A DNA stretch of 64,000 nt from Naegleria gruberi (Eukaryota): the NCBI GenBank assembly GCA_000004985.1, contig GG738886.1. The stretch is one strand, 5' to 3'. Each line of letters begins with the position of its first letter. Positions within the stretch are counted from its first letter, which is position 1. The notes under the pieces are model-generated. The model did no database searches and was not told where the DNA came from. It saw only the letters and a list, made by a program, of their open reading frames with translations. Made by a program: the position numbers and the translations under genes. Shown here one piece after another: positions 32,938-44,863 of the stretch.

Positions 32938-34288
32938 TTAATTATTGGCTAATTTATTGGAAATCAAACGTTGAATTTGTTGAGAGATTTGTTCAGTGGA
33001 ATCAATTCCCAATATTTGTAAACAATCCTGTCGAAAATTAAGGTTCTTTGAATTGTTGATAATGCTAGCAATGGAATCAGATAGAATTGGTGAGTAAAAG
33101 TTTCTAATCATGAATAGCTTCTTCTCTTGTTTGGAGAGAAAATCATCTGGGAATTTGTTTTTGGCATGTTGAAACAAATTATTGCTCAGAGTTTGAAACA
33201 TTGACGTATTGAGCTTGTATTTTGTTGTGCATTGGGTTTGAATATTAACTGTGAGCAGTAGAGATGAGATGGTAGGGCTGGTAAATGTTACATTAGGAAA
33301 GCAAATTCTGTGTTGGAAATGTTAAATGATTCTAAATAGTTTCAAATTAACTTACAGTGTTGAATGTGTGCTATTCAAGTTAGTGAATTTAATTCCATAC
33401 TTTTCCGTATTGGAAAAGAGAAGATGAAAGAGTTTTCTACTTTCATTACTGTCATTGTAAGAGCTCTCTTTCACAATCACCGTATCTTGGTTATCAACTC
33501 TAATTTCACACAACCTGTCTTTTGCAGATACAGTTTCAAGAAGAGCGAGAGCATCCTTAGAGCTTAATAACTGTCCATTCTTCAAAAAACAAATCCAAAT
33601 TTTGATCTTATTCTTGCTATTCTCCCTATCTAGAATATTTGATTGGCTGCTGTGTTGATTATTTCTCCCAACTGAAATGAATCCATTTAGGTTTGTTTTC
33701 TTAATCTCTGGTTTCACGCAAGAAATATTCGAAAGATCAGACGACCAATCCATATCATACAATTCAAAATCTTGACTATATCCAGAGAGTGCTCCCAATT
33801 CCATTCTACAAGTCTCCAAATCCTTTTCGTTCTCAACCAACAAATGAATTGCCAAACTATTCTCCTCAATAAATAAACTTTCCACCAATTGATCATGAAT
33901 CAACTCTGAATGTGCAGGAAGATCATTCAAAAGGCTTGAATTGTGAGTGATTACAGTCATTCCTCCACTCAATTCTGCATTCAAAGATGACAGCCATAAT
34001 TCCTTCAACAATTCCTCTCTCACGCTGACAGAAATCAATCCGACAATAACATTAGCCTTCTCATCCTTCAACATTTCCTCTCTCTTTCGTTTCTTCTTTG
34101 ATTCAGGGTTCACTTCATTCTGATGAAACCTTTCGAATCGAATTAATGGTTTGAAATGCCTTCCATCCGAATCATCCTTGCAACATTCCCTTCTCATCAA
34201 ATCAACAATCTAAATGTTTACATTTTTCAAACAAGCCTTTGAAATTGCAACTACTTACCCTCAACACCACCTCGTAACCAATCGATTC
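32938..34288 (-). CDS. conserved hypothetical protein, 3 exons (joins three ORF-track fragments)
   Basis: join(34288..34253, 34209..33356, 33307..32938) on the minus strand. Exon 1 is MAESIGYEVVLR with a GTAAGT donor. Exon 2 is ORF 33352..34200, extended 9 nt upstream to the acceptor. Its stop lies inside a ct|GTAAGT donor, and a 48-nt intron leads in frame into ORF 32938..33201. Total 419 aa. No family recognised. Confidence 0.6.
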
Positions 34289-34559
34289 AGCCATTTTTTT
34301 TGTATTAGTAATTAGAAACAGAACGCGAATGAATGGATTAGCCTTCATCAAGCCTTGTGAAAAACAACCTCAATAAAACACGTGTGAAATTAGAAAGTAT
34401 GTGGATGAAGCAGTTTGGCTGGGAATGTTTAAGTTGATTGTTAGAATTACCAATAATTCAAGTTTCTGAGTGAAACTAAAGTTACCTAAACTAGCATATC
34501 AACATCTCTAAAATAGACAGTTTCAATTCCATGTCATTAATCCACACAACACTAAAAAA

Positions 34560-35006
34560 ATGTCACTCAATTCACTCTACACAATTTATGGAGCAAAAAG
34601 TTTACTTGCTGGATCGGTGTCTTGGCAGTTTCCTCTCCTCATCAATTCCATGTTTTTAAAGTGTTCTACCGGGAGTGGTATCAACCTCCTAGTGAGAAGT
34701 GTCGGAATTAGACAAATGGCTCTTGGTGGCTCGTTGATATTAGTGACGACGACGAACCATGCTGCTGCTGCTGGTTCATCTTCCCAAGATGATGAAAGAG
34801 ATTATGATAGTATGAAGAAATTATTGGTGAAATTGAATGTGTTTGTGGATATTGTGGAATTAATGAATCTTTTGATTGAATATAGAAAAAAAGAGTTGGA
34901 TTGGACAACTATTTCAGTATTAGGAGTAAATCATCTTGTTAGTGCATTATTTGGAGGGTTGTTATTGTTTGTGGATTCGAATAATAATAAAAATCAAAAG
35001 AAATAA
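34560..35006 (+). CDS. hypothetical small membrane protein (148 aa; FUN14-like is only a guess)
   Basis: A-rich ATG context. Two Gly-rich hydrophobic segments (GSLILVTTTNHAAAAG, LVSALFGGLLLFV). No firm family assignment. Confidence 0.35.
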   Translation: MSLNSLYTIYGAKSLLAGSVSWQFPLLINSMFLKCSTGSGINLLVRSVGIRQMALGGSLILVTTTNHAAAAGSSSQDDERDYDSMKKLLVKLNVFVDIVELMNLLIEYRKKELDWTTISVLGVNHLVSALFGGLLLFVDSNNNKNQKK

Positions 35007-35034
35007 ATTAAATAGTATTATTAACAATTGGGGT

Positions 35035-36354
35035 TTAAGTGTACATGTAGAATTCTTCCTTCTCTTGATCATTTTCAAATACAGGAACAAAATCAATAGT
35101 TTTAACTTCAGAGAAACCTTCATCCTCACTTGGTTCTTCCAATTTCTTATTATAAGTATTGTAACCAACTCCTGGAACGTGTGGATGACCTCCCTTTGAT
35201 CTATTTTCACGAAGAACATTGAGATGTTCTGCCAATTCTCTTTCAACATTGAAAGAGAAACATCTAATTGGAATTTCAAATTCTTCAGCAATATCAATAT
35301 AATTCTTTCTAGAATCGGCATCTGGATTAGTATTATCTACAACAACTGATTTACCCTTTTGAATTGCTTCTTTACATGCCTTAACACATTTTGGAATAGT
35401 ATTGAGAGTATCTCTATTTACATGAACATAACCTGCAGGAATGAAAAATCTTTTAGCAAAAGTTGTTTTTCCTGAAGCTGGCCAACCTTGGAAAACTACA
35501 ATTTCTTGTTTTGATGAAATTAAATCTTCCTTCTTATATGCACTCTTGGTTGATTTAAATTTCTTAATATCATAACCATCAAGACTCCAAGTTGGATATT
35601 CTTTTTCTCCCAAGAAATAAGGTTCTGGTGTGAAAAATTTAATTCCAAGATTGAGTGCAAACTTTCTATCACCACAACTATGATCTTTCTTAATTTTCTT
35701 ATTATTAGAATCCTTTCTTTCAGGTCTACCAGCAGCATCTCCAACATATAGACTTGTTGATTTATCCAATGAAATATTCTTTTGATGTTTTGGAATAATA
35801 GTATCTGCCAAATAATTCCACATACCAGTGCATGGTTTTCTCATATGATTATCTGATAATGCAGCAACAACAAGTATTGGAATTTCACTACCAATAGCTT
35901 CATTAATAAAACCTTCAATTCTTTTTTCCAAATCTTTCTTTGTCAATTTACCCTTCTTTACACCATTTTGATTAGTGAAAATAACTAAAAGTTTCTTATT
36001 CTTTTCATGTTCTTCTTTCAATTTTGTTGAAACACTCTTATGGAATAATTTCCAATCGGATGGACCTGTTGCAAAGGCTTTACCACTCTTTGTTACAACC
36101 AATGTAGAATCAAAGTCATAACCAGCAACTCCTAAAAGTTGAGCATTATCAAATTTTGTTGAAGCAAAGTTCTTATGAACAAAATAATAAACTTCATTAT
36201 CATCATCCGAGTACCATGATCCTAGTGATCCTTTTGATTGTTTAGCTACTGGTTCATCATCACTCGATTCATCTAAACTAGCGTCTGATTCGTAATCAGA
36301 ATCATTTTCTTCATCACGTTTTCTCTTGGTGTCGGCTTTCTTTCCTCTTGGCAT
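35035..36354 (-). CDS. polynucleotide kinase 3'-phosphatase (PNKP)
   Basis: ORF 35035..36405 starts at TTG; first ATG at 36354 (MPRGKKADTKRKR). HAD-phosphatase motifs AGYDFDSTLV (DxDxT) and VGDAAGR, plus kinase Walker A GWPASGKTT. Confidence 0.85.
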   Translation of the reverse strand: MPRGKKADTKRKRDEENDSDYESDASLDESSDDEPVAKQSKGSLGSWYSDDDNEVYYFVHKNFASTKFDNAQLLGVAGYDFDSTLVVTKSGKAFATGPSDWKLFHKSVSTKLKEEHEKNKKLLVIFTNQNGVKKGKLTKKDLEKRIEGFINEAIGSEIPILVVAALSDNHMRKPCTGMWNYLADTIIPKHQKNISLDKSTSLYVGDAAGRPERKDSNNKKIKKDHSCGDRKFALNLGIKFFTPEPYFLGEKEYPTWSLDGYDIKKFKSTKSAYKKEDLISSKQEIVVFQGWPASGKTTFAKRFFIPAGYVHVNRDTLNTIPKCVKACKEAIQKGKSVVVDNTNPDADSRKNYIDIAEEFEIPIRCFSFNVERELAEHLNVLRENRSKGGHPHVPGVGYNTYNKKLEEPSEDEGFSEVKTIDFVPVFENDQEKEEFYMYT

Positions 36355-36562
36355 TTTATATTGTTTTTTTGTGTTGATTTGGTGAATAGTAATTGCTTCT
36401 TGCAAGAGATTTAAACGTCATAATTTTGGCGGGACAGGTTAAAAATTCCAAATAAAAGAAGAAACAAAAAATGCTGTAATTAAATGGATTTTTTTTGGTA
36501 AGATGATGGTTTACAATCTGGTTTAACTGAGGTTTTAAGATTGTAAAATACAATTTGTGAAT

Positions 36563-39500
36563 CTACTTTCTCTTTTTTCTGCTCTTTTGTTCTTCATCTA
36601 CTTGTCTCTTGGAGGCCAATGTCTTTTTATCGGCATATTGAATGAGAATTTCACTAATTTCTGGTGATGAAATTTCTAGACAATTCTTTCCATTTAAATT
36701 TTTCAAACTCATATCTGTATTTGGAGCAAGTGATTTGATTAAATTCTTTGATTCACTTCTGATGGCAGAAAATATTGGAGTTTCATGATTGGCGTCTAAC
36801 AAATTCAATACTTGTTTTTTGGAGGCAGCAGAAAGTTTGGAGAGTAAGGAAATAATGACTGAATATTTGAAGGATTGTAGCTCTCTCTGACCAACATTGA
36901 AATAAATTGGTAAAGAGCAATCACACATTAAGTGCATAATTGTCTTTTCTGATTCCTTCTCCTTTCTCGAAAGGAATTGAAGAATCTCTTTTTCTGTTTT
37001 CAACTTTTCTTGAACTTTTTTAAGAGGATAACCTTTCAATAAACACACTTCCAACATGCTTAAATGATAGGTAATTGGTTCATGAATAGTGTTGTACATT
37101 TTTCCAACAAACTTAATAGTAGAAGGTTTGATTCTGATAATATGACTATTAAAAAATTCTTGTAATTCACTATTTTCTTTTCTTTTCGCAATTTGTACAA
37201 TACATTTTTGTTCCAAAATATCAGAATCAATAAAATCTTCAATGTATGGTTCTAAATCTGAAAAATTACTAAAGTCAGTGAAATTGAATATATAACCTGA
37301 AATTAATTTTTTATCCTCTTGTCCTAAATTTCGTTCACTAAGCTTTTGCTTCAAGCTCTCCTCTAAAATGTGATATTGCAAGTTTGCAGTAGCAATTTCA
37401 ATGATAGTAGACTTGCAATCTTCCAATGACGCACCTAAATAATTAATAATGTTTTTAGCTACATCGTAATGCCCGTATTTGATAGCCAACATCCAAGAAT
37501 TCAATTCAGTAATACTACTCTTCTCTTCCAAATACTCATTCTTATAACCTAAGAAACCGAATCCATTTTTTGCTGCAAGAGAAACATTATTGAGTCGGCC
37601 TTCTGTTTCATCAAAAAAATACACATCTCTCCATATAGCCCTATTCAAAATATAGCTCTTTCTTCCAATCAAGCCAAGATCAATAATAGTACTACTTTCA
37701 ATGCCAAGCATTAAATATGCATGTATAGGAGTAGTAGTAACTTCACCAATCTCATCAGAACTCATTGTAATCTCAATTTCAAGGCAATTTTTTAAAACTT
37801 CTAAATTCTGTTTAAAAATAAGGAAATAATCTATTGATTGCTCAAAAGCAGCCATCAAGAGTAATTTAGCTCCATTAATAAAGGATTCTCCCTTCTTGAA
37901 TTCAAAAAACTTTGATTTAACATCTAAATTGGAGAGAGCATATTCCAAGTCACAACCCTCTTTAACAAGCATATAGCTTAAATTTTCTGAGTTTTCTAAA
38001 GACTTGCAGAGCAGAGTTTTACCTTTTGCATCTCTGACTTCCAAATCCTTCTTTAGTTTCTGAAGCAATGAGGTGGATTCCAATACTTTTTTGTCAACTG
38101 CAAACAATGCTGGCATACCATCATTATTCTTGTGGGTAACATCAATTCCCAAAGTGGTAATACAATATTCTATAATATCCATTGAACTTTTAGAGAGCAC
38201 ATGAAGAAGATTACCACCATCACTGGTTCTATAATGTTTCAATTCTTGGTTATTGTTTTGGTAAATCTTATTGAAAAACTTTAAAAATTCCAGAGCATTA
38301 TAGGAACCATATGACTTTAATCTGCTTGCCCATTGTTCTATAGTGTCCAACCCATGTGAATTTTTCTTTTCCAAAGTTTCCAGCTTAATGGTTTCAAACA
38401 ACGGCAAAAGGTGTGTACTAGTAGTTGGGAAACTATTCAATAGGGATCCTTCTGGACTGGTATAGTTAATGTCAACTCCTACAATCTCTACTAAAAACTT
38501 TGCAGTATCTAGTGGAAGAGAATTGTAGCTATATCTGTATGATTTACATAAAACATAAAAAAGATTTAGATCAGCCTTGGTGCCCTCTATTATACCATTA
38601 CTATTTCCCAAATTAATAAGAGTGGGCTCTCTTTCTAATGCTTTTTTAAACAAGGATATTCTTTCATTTGAAATAAGACTTGCCAATGGATTTGTTGCAT
38701 TTTCTATTATTAGCGGAATGTACTTATTCTCTATAACTTGGTTCAGTAGATGATCATTACCATGTATAAATATTCTATTGAACATAATATTATCCATTTT
38801 GTATCTCAAATGAGGTTCTAGATCATTGTTATCAACAAACTTTTTGTAAAACTCATTAAATGTTAAATCATTACTATATAATTCACTTTCGAAATTAGAC
38901 AATTTTACAGGAATTTCCTGAGCTTTTGCATATTCAATAATTATATCAAACAACTCATCATTTTTCAAAGAGTCCACAATCTTGAATGGGTGCAGTAGAT
39001 TCCAGTTAATATTTTCCTCATAAACCAGCATGTCCCAATACTCTAATACATTATCGTATTCATTGATGGGTTTCTCAGACTTTACATTGGAGAACCTTGA
39101 CAATATATTTGAAGCTACATTATGATACTTTAAATTAATAGATTCTAGAGAACTCATAGGTATTTCGTTCTTCTTGGGTTTTCCATTAATATAATTAATT
39201 AGGTTGTTATTATGATTGTAATAGTAATAACCATCATTTTCAGTTGATCCATAAATATTAATAGTCTTTAGATAGGAGGGATGTTTACTCTTTTTGTGAC
39301 ACTCCATTAATAGATTCAATAGGTCCATAAATCCTGTTGCTACTGCAACGCATTCCAAATCAAAAAATTCAAAGGTTTCAATCTTGTTAGGTTGTTGAAA
39401 GAATATTTCCCATCCACTTTGACAAACTCTCAACTTGGTAAAATTTGGAAAATAACCGGCCATCTGTTTCAACTTGGTACTTTTAAACTTTTCAATTTGA

Positions 39501-39808
39501 TACTTTTCTCTGGTCAACAAATCAAGAACCTTCACCTTTGGAAAGAATACCTTCTCCAAATTATTCTTCCAAAATCTATTTACAGCTCTCATATTCAATT
39601 GATCAGGATAAACCGGAACAAAATCCAAAATATATTGCATTAAATCTTCATTCACTTCCTGTCCCCACAAATTAACATAAAAATCCTGATCCACCATATC
39701 ATCAGCAACAATATTGTTTTGTGATTTTTTGGTGGAACGAGATTTCCTCTTGGGAGTTGTGCCAGCCTTGTTTATTGTTTCCTTCTTGCTGGCGCGTTTT
39801 GGAGGCAT
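36563..39808 (-). CDS. large F-box-like / ankyrin-repeat-containing protein (1081 aa)
   Basis: Basic N-terminus, F-box-like segment (LMQYILDFVPVYPDQLNMRAVNRFW), ankyrin-like repeats (SDGGNLLHVLSKSS.., NDGMPALFAV..., DAKGKTLLCKSLEN). Confidence 0.6.
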   Translation of the reverse strand: MPPKRASKKETINKAGTTPKRKSRSTKKSQNNIVADDMVDQDFYVNLWGQEVNEDLMQYILDFVPVYPDQLNMRAVNRFWKNNLEKVFFPKVKVLDLLTREKYQIEKFKSTKLKQMAGYFPNFTKLRVCQSGWEIFFQQPNKIETFEFFDLECVAVATGFMDLLNLLMECHKKSKHPSYLKTINIYGSTENDGYYYYNHNNNLINYINGKPKKNEIPMSSLESINLKYHNVASNILSRFSNVKSEKPINEYDNVLEYWDMLVYEENINWNLLHPFKIVDSLKNDELFDIIIEYAKAQEIPVKLSNFESELYSNDLTFNEFYKKFVDNNDLEPHLRYKMDNIMFNRIFIHGNDHLLNQVIENKYIPLIIENATNPLASLISNERISLFKKALEREPTLINLGNSNGIIEGTKADLNLFYVLCKSYRYSYNSLPLDTAKFLVEIVGVDINYTSPEGSLLNSFPTTSTHLLPLFETIKLETLEKKNSHGLDTIEQWASRLKSYGSYNALEFLKFFNKIYQNNNQELKHYRTSDGGNLLHVLSKSSMDIIEYCITTLGIDVTHKNNDGMPALFAVDKKVLESTSLLQKLKKDLEVRDAKGKTLLCKSLENSENLSYMLVKEGCDLEYALSNLDVKSKFFEFKKGESFINGAKLLLMAAFEQSIDYFLIFKQNLEVLKNCLEIEITMSSDEIGEVTTTPIHAYLMLGIESSTIIDLGLIGRKSYILNRAIWRDVYFFDETEGRLNNVSLAAKNGFGFLGYKNEYLEEKSSITELNSWMLAIKYGHYDVAKNIINYLGASLEDCKSTIIEIATANLQYHILEESLKQKLSERNLGQEDKKLISGYIFNFTDFSNFSDLEPYIEDFIDSDILEQKCIVQIAKRKENSELQEFFNSHIIRIKPSTIKFVGKMYNTIHEPITYHLSMLEVCLLKGYPLKKVQEKLKTEKEILQFLSRKEKESEKTIMHLMCDCSLPIYFNVGQRELQSFKYSVIISLLSKLSAASKKQVLNLLDANHETPIFSAIRSESKNLIKSLAPNTDMSLKNLNGKNCLEISSPEISEILIQYADKKTLASKRQVDEEQKSRKKRK

Positions 39809-39985
39809 TTTTTTTGGTGTTTTATTGGAAATTGTAACACAACATGTCGTTTACAATTTCATTTCCTGTAATAAGAATATTATGAACTTTTCAGAGAACC
39901 AAAGATTCGAATAATTGTTGAATGAGATTCTGTATTGGATTCAGGAGTTTATCTTCGTTGTAAAGTTTCAAATCGTCAAAAAAAA

Positions 39986-41784
39986 ATGATCTCACATGCA
40001 ACACCTGCTACTACGCCCCCTCAAAATTCCAAACCAAAAAACAGGAAAAAAATCGAGAAGGATTTTTCATTCCTGATCGAAAATTTCGGATATGAATTTT
40101 TTGTGAGTTATTTTCTGGCAGAGTTTTTCTCTCCGAAGGAATTGATTATGAAATTTACAATTTTGAATAGAAAGATGAGGAAATTAATTATGCAAAATTC
40201 AAAATTATGGAAAAAACAATTTGAATTCATGTATCCGAATTTGATTGGAATGGTGGAAAGTTGGATGGAGATGAAATGGTGGAATGATGAGAGGGAGGAA
40301 AGGTTGACTAGTATTTTAAATGAAGATTCGTTTAGATTTTATCAAATATATTCCAATGGTTCAAGAAAGGCCATTGAAAAGGATGTTAATATTGTCAAGA
40401 CGAGTTGTAAAAGTCAATTGGTTCATTATGTGAGTGCAATTATTTTAGATCACATGTTTTATGAAACCAATTTCAATTCAGAGTATACGTGGAATCAAAA
40501 CTCGATTGAAAATTTCAAATATCATCGAGTGAATTATTCAATTTACTTGAAATTTTTCAAATTCTTTTACTTACTAATTGAAACAAAGCAATTGAAAACT
40601 GGATTAGATGTATGTGTCAGTTATCTCATTAATTGTTTGGATACAAAAAATAGGAGTATCCAAAAACTATTCAAGAATATGATCACTGATTTGTACTTTA
40701 AAAGTAGCTTTCCATGTTCTGCTTTCTATTTGTTTGCCAGAGGATATTCCACTGCGAAAGCAAGTTTGATAAATGAGGAAAAGGGAATTTTTGAACTTCC
40801 CTTACTGGATTTTAGTGTAGAGACTGGACATAGTGATCCTTCTTTCAGAGTTTATCCTTGGATTCCACTAGATCAAATAGATGCAAATGTGAATGATTTG
40901 CAATGTAGAGTTGTTGTATTGAATGAAGAATATACATATGTCTATCCAAGAGATACTGCAGAGATGTTAAAATTATTCGAAAGATTTTGTGCCAATATTG
41001 AGGAAACATCTTACTCAATCATGATTAATAATATGCTGGAGAGATATATTGGACTAGACAATTACTTAGACACTCTCCAACGTCATACTGTCTGCCATCA
41101 TGAACATTTCAGGAGAGTAAAATGTGTAAATCCCACCAAAAGTGCAAGAATTTACTTTCAATCGCAAGTTGACAAGTATTCGAAACAAATTTTTGAAAAA
41201 TTTAAAGGTGTTAATGAAGAACTAGCTTGTGTATATTTATCCAAATTTCCATTCAGTAATGAGGTTGAATACTTGCTTAATACACATATTGGTGAACTAC
41301 TCGAGAATATTCCAGAAGATTTTTCTACCTTCTTTCCAAGTTTTACTGCTCAACGAACCAAATTGAAAGAATCCTATAGAGGAACATTTGGAGTGGATGG
41401 ATTCTTAATTAGAGCAATTGATAAGTGTTTGAGGAGATACTTGCATTTATTTGTGCTTTCTGAACCAACCCTAACTCTTGCAACAAAATCAGGCTCATTT
41501 TCTTCCAGTAAGTTATTGAATTGTTTTGAGAATTAATTTTCACATCTAAAGTTCAAAAAATGGTCTATAATCAACTGAAGAATATCATCTATCCCATCTT
41601 TCTCATGCTCCTTCCACATGTTTCAAATTTAATCTCATTCAGAATTGAACAATTCCAGGGAAAACTGTCTAATGAAGAATTGAATCAAAAACAAGAAGTA
41701 ATTCTCAAATCGATGAATCATTGCTTTGGACAGCTAAACTTTTTAAACAAGCCTCTCATTGATTTCTCTTCCGAGTTGAGATGA
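39986..41784 (+). CDS. F-box-like hypothetical protein, 2 exons
   Basis: join(39986..41507, 41552..41784). Track start is TTG; first ATG is 39986 in an aaaaaaaaATG context. F-box-like FLAEFFSPKELIMKFTILNRKMRKLI. A 44-nt GTAAGT..AAAG intron (41508..41551) joins ORF 39935..41536 in frame to ORF 41560..41784 (split Ile codon a|tt). Confidence 0.6.
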
Positions 41785-41863
41785 TAATCTTCATAACTAT
41801 TAAGGAAGAAATCATTGCAAAAGAGGAAGAATAAAAATTACTGTAATTATTTGAAGCTTTATT

Positions 41864-43213
41864 TTACAGGTCATTCGATGAAAATAATGAATCAAAAGCA
41901 CAGTCACCTTGTTCTAAAAGGAATGATTGTTTGTCGCTTGTATCTTGTTGTTGATTATTATATTCTGTTGCTGGTTTTTCAAGAGTGAGTGGACTTGTTG
42001 GTCTCACATCAATATGATTCCACCTCGACAAGTATTGAGAGTTTTGGGCAGAGTCGTTCAATAATTCATAAAATTCTTGTTCAGTGCTCATTGAATCTTG
42101 TGGTATAATGTCATTTGTTGATAACATTGGATCATTAGGGAAGAATGGAGTGGTAAACATTTGATTATTGTGAGCCATCTGCTGTGTAATTGCCTGGCTC
42201 ATAAGGTTTTGGAATTCAGTTTGGAATTGAGCAATGATTTGCTGTTGCATTTGCTTAAAAAGTTCACTACCATTTTGTTGTAATAATTGTTGTAAAAGAT
42301 GAGCAACAACAGAGGAATCTTGCTTCTTGAGCTCTGCAGAAAGGGTATTCATAGTATCTACAAGGGAGTTGAGTAATTGACTTGCCATAATATTATCAGC
42401 AGGTTTCAATTCTGGAGGAATATAAGTATTGTTGCATTGATTTGGTTGGGCAGTATTTGTTTGATTTGTAATTGTAGTGTTGTTGTTATCTTGTTTCTGT
42501 TTCTTTGATGATGATTTGTTTTCTTTTCTCTTTCTCTTGTTTGTCTTTTCATCTGATGATCCATCAGTTGAATTGATTGAAGAGTCATCTTCACTATGAG
42601 TTGCATCTTCCTCATCTTCGTGAAGTATGAAATGCTCTGTTGGACTCTTGAAGGAGACAACTTGTGGAGTACTGGTTTTTTGACCACCCTTGTTATTAAG
42701 ATCAATCACAAAGTAATTATCTGTGAAATGATCACAACTTTTGAGTTGTTTTCTCAACTTGCATAACCTCTTATTGACTGTACGAGGTGCTCCATTAAAA
42801 TTAGAGGCTGGTTTTGATGAATTTGCATTGGCTGTACATTCTTGTTGTTTCTGATGATCGGATTCATTACCAGCTTCACTTTCATCAACAAAGGTAATTT
42901 TGGATTTTGGACTCCTCTTTTTCTTGTTGGTTGCTGTTGTGGTTGTTGTAGATGTTGTCGTTGTATTCACACACTCCTTGTCTAATTTGAAAGAAGTTGT
43001 TGAAGAACCATTGGAATTGTATTTCACCTTTGTTCTAGGCTTTTTTGTTTTTGTTGTCTTGCTGTTGGTTGGTGATGAAGACTTGTCAACTTCAGTTGGT
43101 TGTTGAATATGTTGTTCTTCTTGTTGTTGCAAGGAGAGGTTAGTGGAGGAGGTGATGGCTGTCATGATTGAGTGTAATATATCAAGTGATGAAGTTAAAC
43201 TATTGATGATCAA
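41864..43213 (-). CDS. Gln/Asn/Thr-rich low-complexity protein (hypothetical, transcription-factor-like composition)
   Basis: 449-aa ORF. Track start is TTG; first ATG at 43165. Poly-T/N/Q tracts and a Q-rich C-terminal region. No domain recognised. Confidence 0.5.
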   Translation of the reverse strand: MIINSLTSSLDILHSIMTAITSSTNLSLQQQEEQHIQQPTEVDKSSSPTNSKTTKTKKPRTKVKYNSNGSSTTSFKLDKECVNTTTTSTTTTTATNKKKRSPKSKITFVDESEAGNESDHQKQQECTANANSSKPASNFNGAPRTVNKRLCKLRKQLKSCDHFTDNYFVIDLNNKGGQKTSTPQVVSFKSPTEHFILHEDEEDATHSEDDSSINSTDGSSDEKTNKRKRKENKSSSKKQKQDNNNTTITNQTNTAQPNQCNNTYIPPELKPADNIMASQLLNSLVDTMNTLSAELKKQDSSVVAHLLQQLLQQNGSELFKQMQQQIIAQFQTEFQNLMSQAITQQMAHNNQMFTTPFFPNDPMLSTNDIIPQDSMSTEQEFYELLNDSAQNSQYLSRWNHIDVRPTSPLTLEKPATEYNNQQQDTSDKQSFLLEQGDCAFDSLFSSNDL

Positions 43214-43693
43214 TAATATGAACTGTTGGAAGTTACTTTAGTGGTGAGTGTGGTGGTATGGATAGGTATGATTCTTTTTATCTCGTGTTAGGATCAAAAG
43301 ACAATGCAATCAGAAATAACGTATATTGGTTGCTGTACGGGATAATAATGTATAGTGGATAATGATAGACAATAATAATAATGGCTTGTTAGTACTATAA
43401 AATGTTAGGATCGCAGTTGTTTTGGTTTACTTTGGTAAGGTTGCAGAGTACTTTCTTCTCTGCGTCGGTAAGATCCTATTATGTTGTTTTTTTTGTCTGT
43501 GTGTTTTGAGTCGCTATGAGTGATATTGTTTTATGGCGAATGATGTTATGTGTTTTGGAATCTTCGTTTGAGTTGATGGCGGTGATCAACAATATTCTCT
43601 CTCTATTGTACTGACCACCAGTGATGTGTCTCGTATGAATTCGCTCAATAGAGCAGGTGCAAACTCGCGTGTAACTCGTATTTTTTATTATTT

Positions 43694-44797
43694 TCATTCG
43701 TTATTGTCACTCTCCGATTCATCTTCTTCCTTGTCATCCTTCGTTTGGAAATTGTCAACCAATTCGACAGTGACGTTACCTGCTTCCGTTGCTGGTTGTG
43801 GAGATGAATATTCGATGGGTTGTGTGTTTGGTTGAGTGTGTTCTGTTGCATTTGAACTGTCAATCTTCTTCTTCTTTGAATAAACCATCACTGCCCTCGC
43901 AGGTTTAACAATGTCAACTTTCTTGTCACATACAATCACAAAAATCTTGTTTCCATCAGAATCCATTTCCGTTTCAATCGGCGCCAAAGTTTGCATATCT
44001 CCGTCTTTTGGAATGTATTGTTTCAAAGTGTACAGTGAGGTCGTACCACTTTGCTTTTCGTGTATGACACCAACGTCAAACTCAATTTCATCTAATACCT
44101 TTTGCATCGTTTTTGAATCTAATATCGTTTCAATGGAAACATCAATCAACAATTGCCTTTCTTTTCTACTAACACCTTGAAAAACAAATTTCAAGTGTGA
44201 AGGGTAACGAATCGCAAAAATATGCTTGGTTGCAGTTTCGAAATGATGAAACGCTAACAAGTCGGTTTCATATTTGACTGTTTTAGTGATGTGTGATTTT
44301 GATGGAGTGCGAAATAATGATTCTTCTGATGAGTCTTCAGATGATGATGAATCATCTGTGTTCGTTTCGTATTCACTTTCGTCTTCCTCTTCGTCATCAT
44401 CAACAACTTTAGGTGCTTCTAACTTTCGTTTCTTTGCTTCCTTGACACGTACCAATTCATCAGCATATTTTGCGGATTGTTCTTCAAAGTATGCCTTTTT
44501 GTTCTCCATTTCAATTGATGACTTGTCTTTAATTGTGCTTTTGTATTTTCGTTGAACTTGAGACCAACTGTAACCGTTTTCGTTCGCGAACGCAACAAAA
44601 GCGTCTTTGTTTGTTTGATAAACTTTACCTCTATTTGCGAGCCAGAAGAGGCGTAATCTTTCTGTATCAACTTCTTGCCACTTTTTGGACTTCTTTTTCT
44701 TCAGTGACTGGGCTGTATCAACAGTACTACTATTGGCAACAGAGCTAGAAGTCGGGGCTTGTACTTTTTCTGTGTTCTTCCTCTTCTTGGTGCCCAT
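43694..44797 (-). CDS. Harbinger-associated Myb/SANT-like DNA-binding protein
   Basis: 367 aa. N-terminal KKWQEVDTERLRLFWLANRGKVYQTNKDAFVAFANENGYSWSQVQRKYKSTIKD (Myb/SANT-like Trp spacing), acidic stretch, atypical codon usage. Confidence 0.65.
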   Translation of the reverse strand: MGTKKRKNTEKVQAPTSSSVANSSTVDTAQSLKKKKSKKWQEVDTERLRLFWLANRGKVYQTNKDAFVAFANENGYSWSQVQRKYKSTIKDKSSIEMENKKAYFEEQSAKYADELVRVKEAKKRKLEAPKVVDDDEEEDESEYETNTDDSSSSEDSSEESLFRTPSKSHITKTVKYETDLLAFHHFETATKHIFAIRYPSHLKFVFQGVSRKERQLLIDVSIETILDSKTMQKVLDEIEFDVGVIHEKQSGTTSLYTLKQYIPKDGDMQTLAPIETEMDSDGNKIFVIVCDKKVDIVKPARAVMVYSKKKKIDSSNATEHTQPNTQPIEYSSPQPATEAGNVTVELVDNFQTKDDKEEDESESDNNE

Positions 44798-44863
44798 TTT
44801 TTTTTCAATTTCGAATATCGTTTTTCACAAAAACATTCGTGTTCACTTTTGAATTATGAAAAA

